The notes beneath the pieces were generated by a model. It was given only the letters and a program-made list of their open reading frames with translations, was not told where the DNA came from and did not search any database. DNA of 64,000 nt, from IMG/VR virus record IMGVR_UViG_3300028887_000068, positions 160,001 to 224,000 of that record. One strand, given 5' to 3'. This stretch comes from a virus. Lineage: Duplodnaviria; Heunggongvirae; Uroviricota; Caudoviricetes. Position 1 is the stretch's first letter. Each line of letters starts with the position of its first letter. Below, piece by piece: positions 63,437-64,000 of the stretch. Made by a program: the position numbers and the translations under genes.

Positions 63437-64000
63437 TTATGCCGACAACAGGATGCAGTAGTCTTTAAGCTCTTCATCCATGTCTTTATAAGCCTGGCTG
63501 TAGTCATGACACATAGTATCAATTTCCATTCTGGGAATAAGTCTTCCTTTAGAGTCATGCTTGAGCACAACCGCAGGAAGGTTGCGATACTTGTAAGCCG
63601 GAAGTTCCGGAGCCATTTCACAAGGCCAGACGATATACGGCGTTTCTGTGGAGTCGATAGTGCGTACATACTTCACGAACTTTTCCGGTTCTCTGATGAG
63701 ATCACGGAATTTCACGATCGTACCAGAACCTACACTGAGCTGAACATGGGTGTATCCATCCTTGTCAACCCAAACCATCTTGGACTTGTTATAGCCTGCC
63801 ATACGCCAGATAACCGGAATATCGCGAGTATAGAACAAGCTAAGATAAGTGTTAGAGTTACTCTTACGGAACGCATCAGCACTAGTAAACAACGGTTCAT
63901 AGTCTTTCGCATTTTCAAGATTCCTGAACAAGTCTTCTGCATTGACATCAACAATAGAAACTCGATCTCTCCAGTATCCCGCAATGTCAGTGCTTTCACC
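63437..64000 (-). CDS. hypothetical protein, 5'-truncated by window edge
   Basis: Frame open to position 64000. Confidence 0.65.
   Translation of the reverse strand, partial: GESTDIAGYWRDRVSIVDVNAEDLFRNLENAKDYEPLFTSADAFRKSNSNTYLSLFYTRDIPVIWRMAGYNKSKMVWVDKDGYTHVQLSVGSGTIVKFRDLIREPEKFVKYVRTIDSTETPYIVWPCEMAPELPAYKYRNLPAVVLKHDSKGRLIPRMEIDTMCHDYSQAYKDMDEELKDYCILLSA

Noticed and set aside
1-64000. Stop-codon reassignment
   Set aside because: Core genes are full length under code 11 and TAA, TAG and TGA all occur as stops at coherent gene ends

Overview
The window is a 64 kb piece of a large lytic myovirus genome, a jumbo phage of the phiKZ/AR9-PBS1 type that encodes its own multisubunit RNA polymerases. 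It uses the standard genetic code with strong AAGGAG ribosome-binding sites. It carries five separate beta/beta' RNA polymerase fragments belonging to at least two enzymes. Replication and repair genes are a split family-B DNA polymerase, SSB, DnaB, SbcCD, RecA/UvsX and UvsW. Morphogenesis genes are the terminase, prohead protease, T4 gp13/gp14-like neck proteins, a very large tail sheath, baseplate proteins and a divergent receptor-binding cassette. The strongest non-coding signal is a two-class phage promoter code. A 13-bp AACT-N4-A(A/T)TG(A/C/T) motif lies in front of about 27 transcription units, often as back-to-back divergent pairs only 7-17 bp apart. A separate GTATAT(T)AAA motif precedes putative early genes. 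The two classes sort the RNAP fragments into a probable virion enzyme and a probable non-virion enzyme. Other notable items are an apparently circularly permuted radical SAM protein, tandem paralogous membrane proteins under late control, a multi-HTH early protein, and an HNH endonuclease whose RBS is locked in a hairpin. I found no tRNA, rRNA, CRISPR array, integrase or intron. All family assignments come from motifs recognised by eye, not from database searches.
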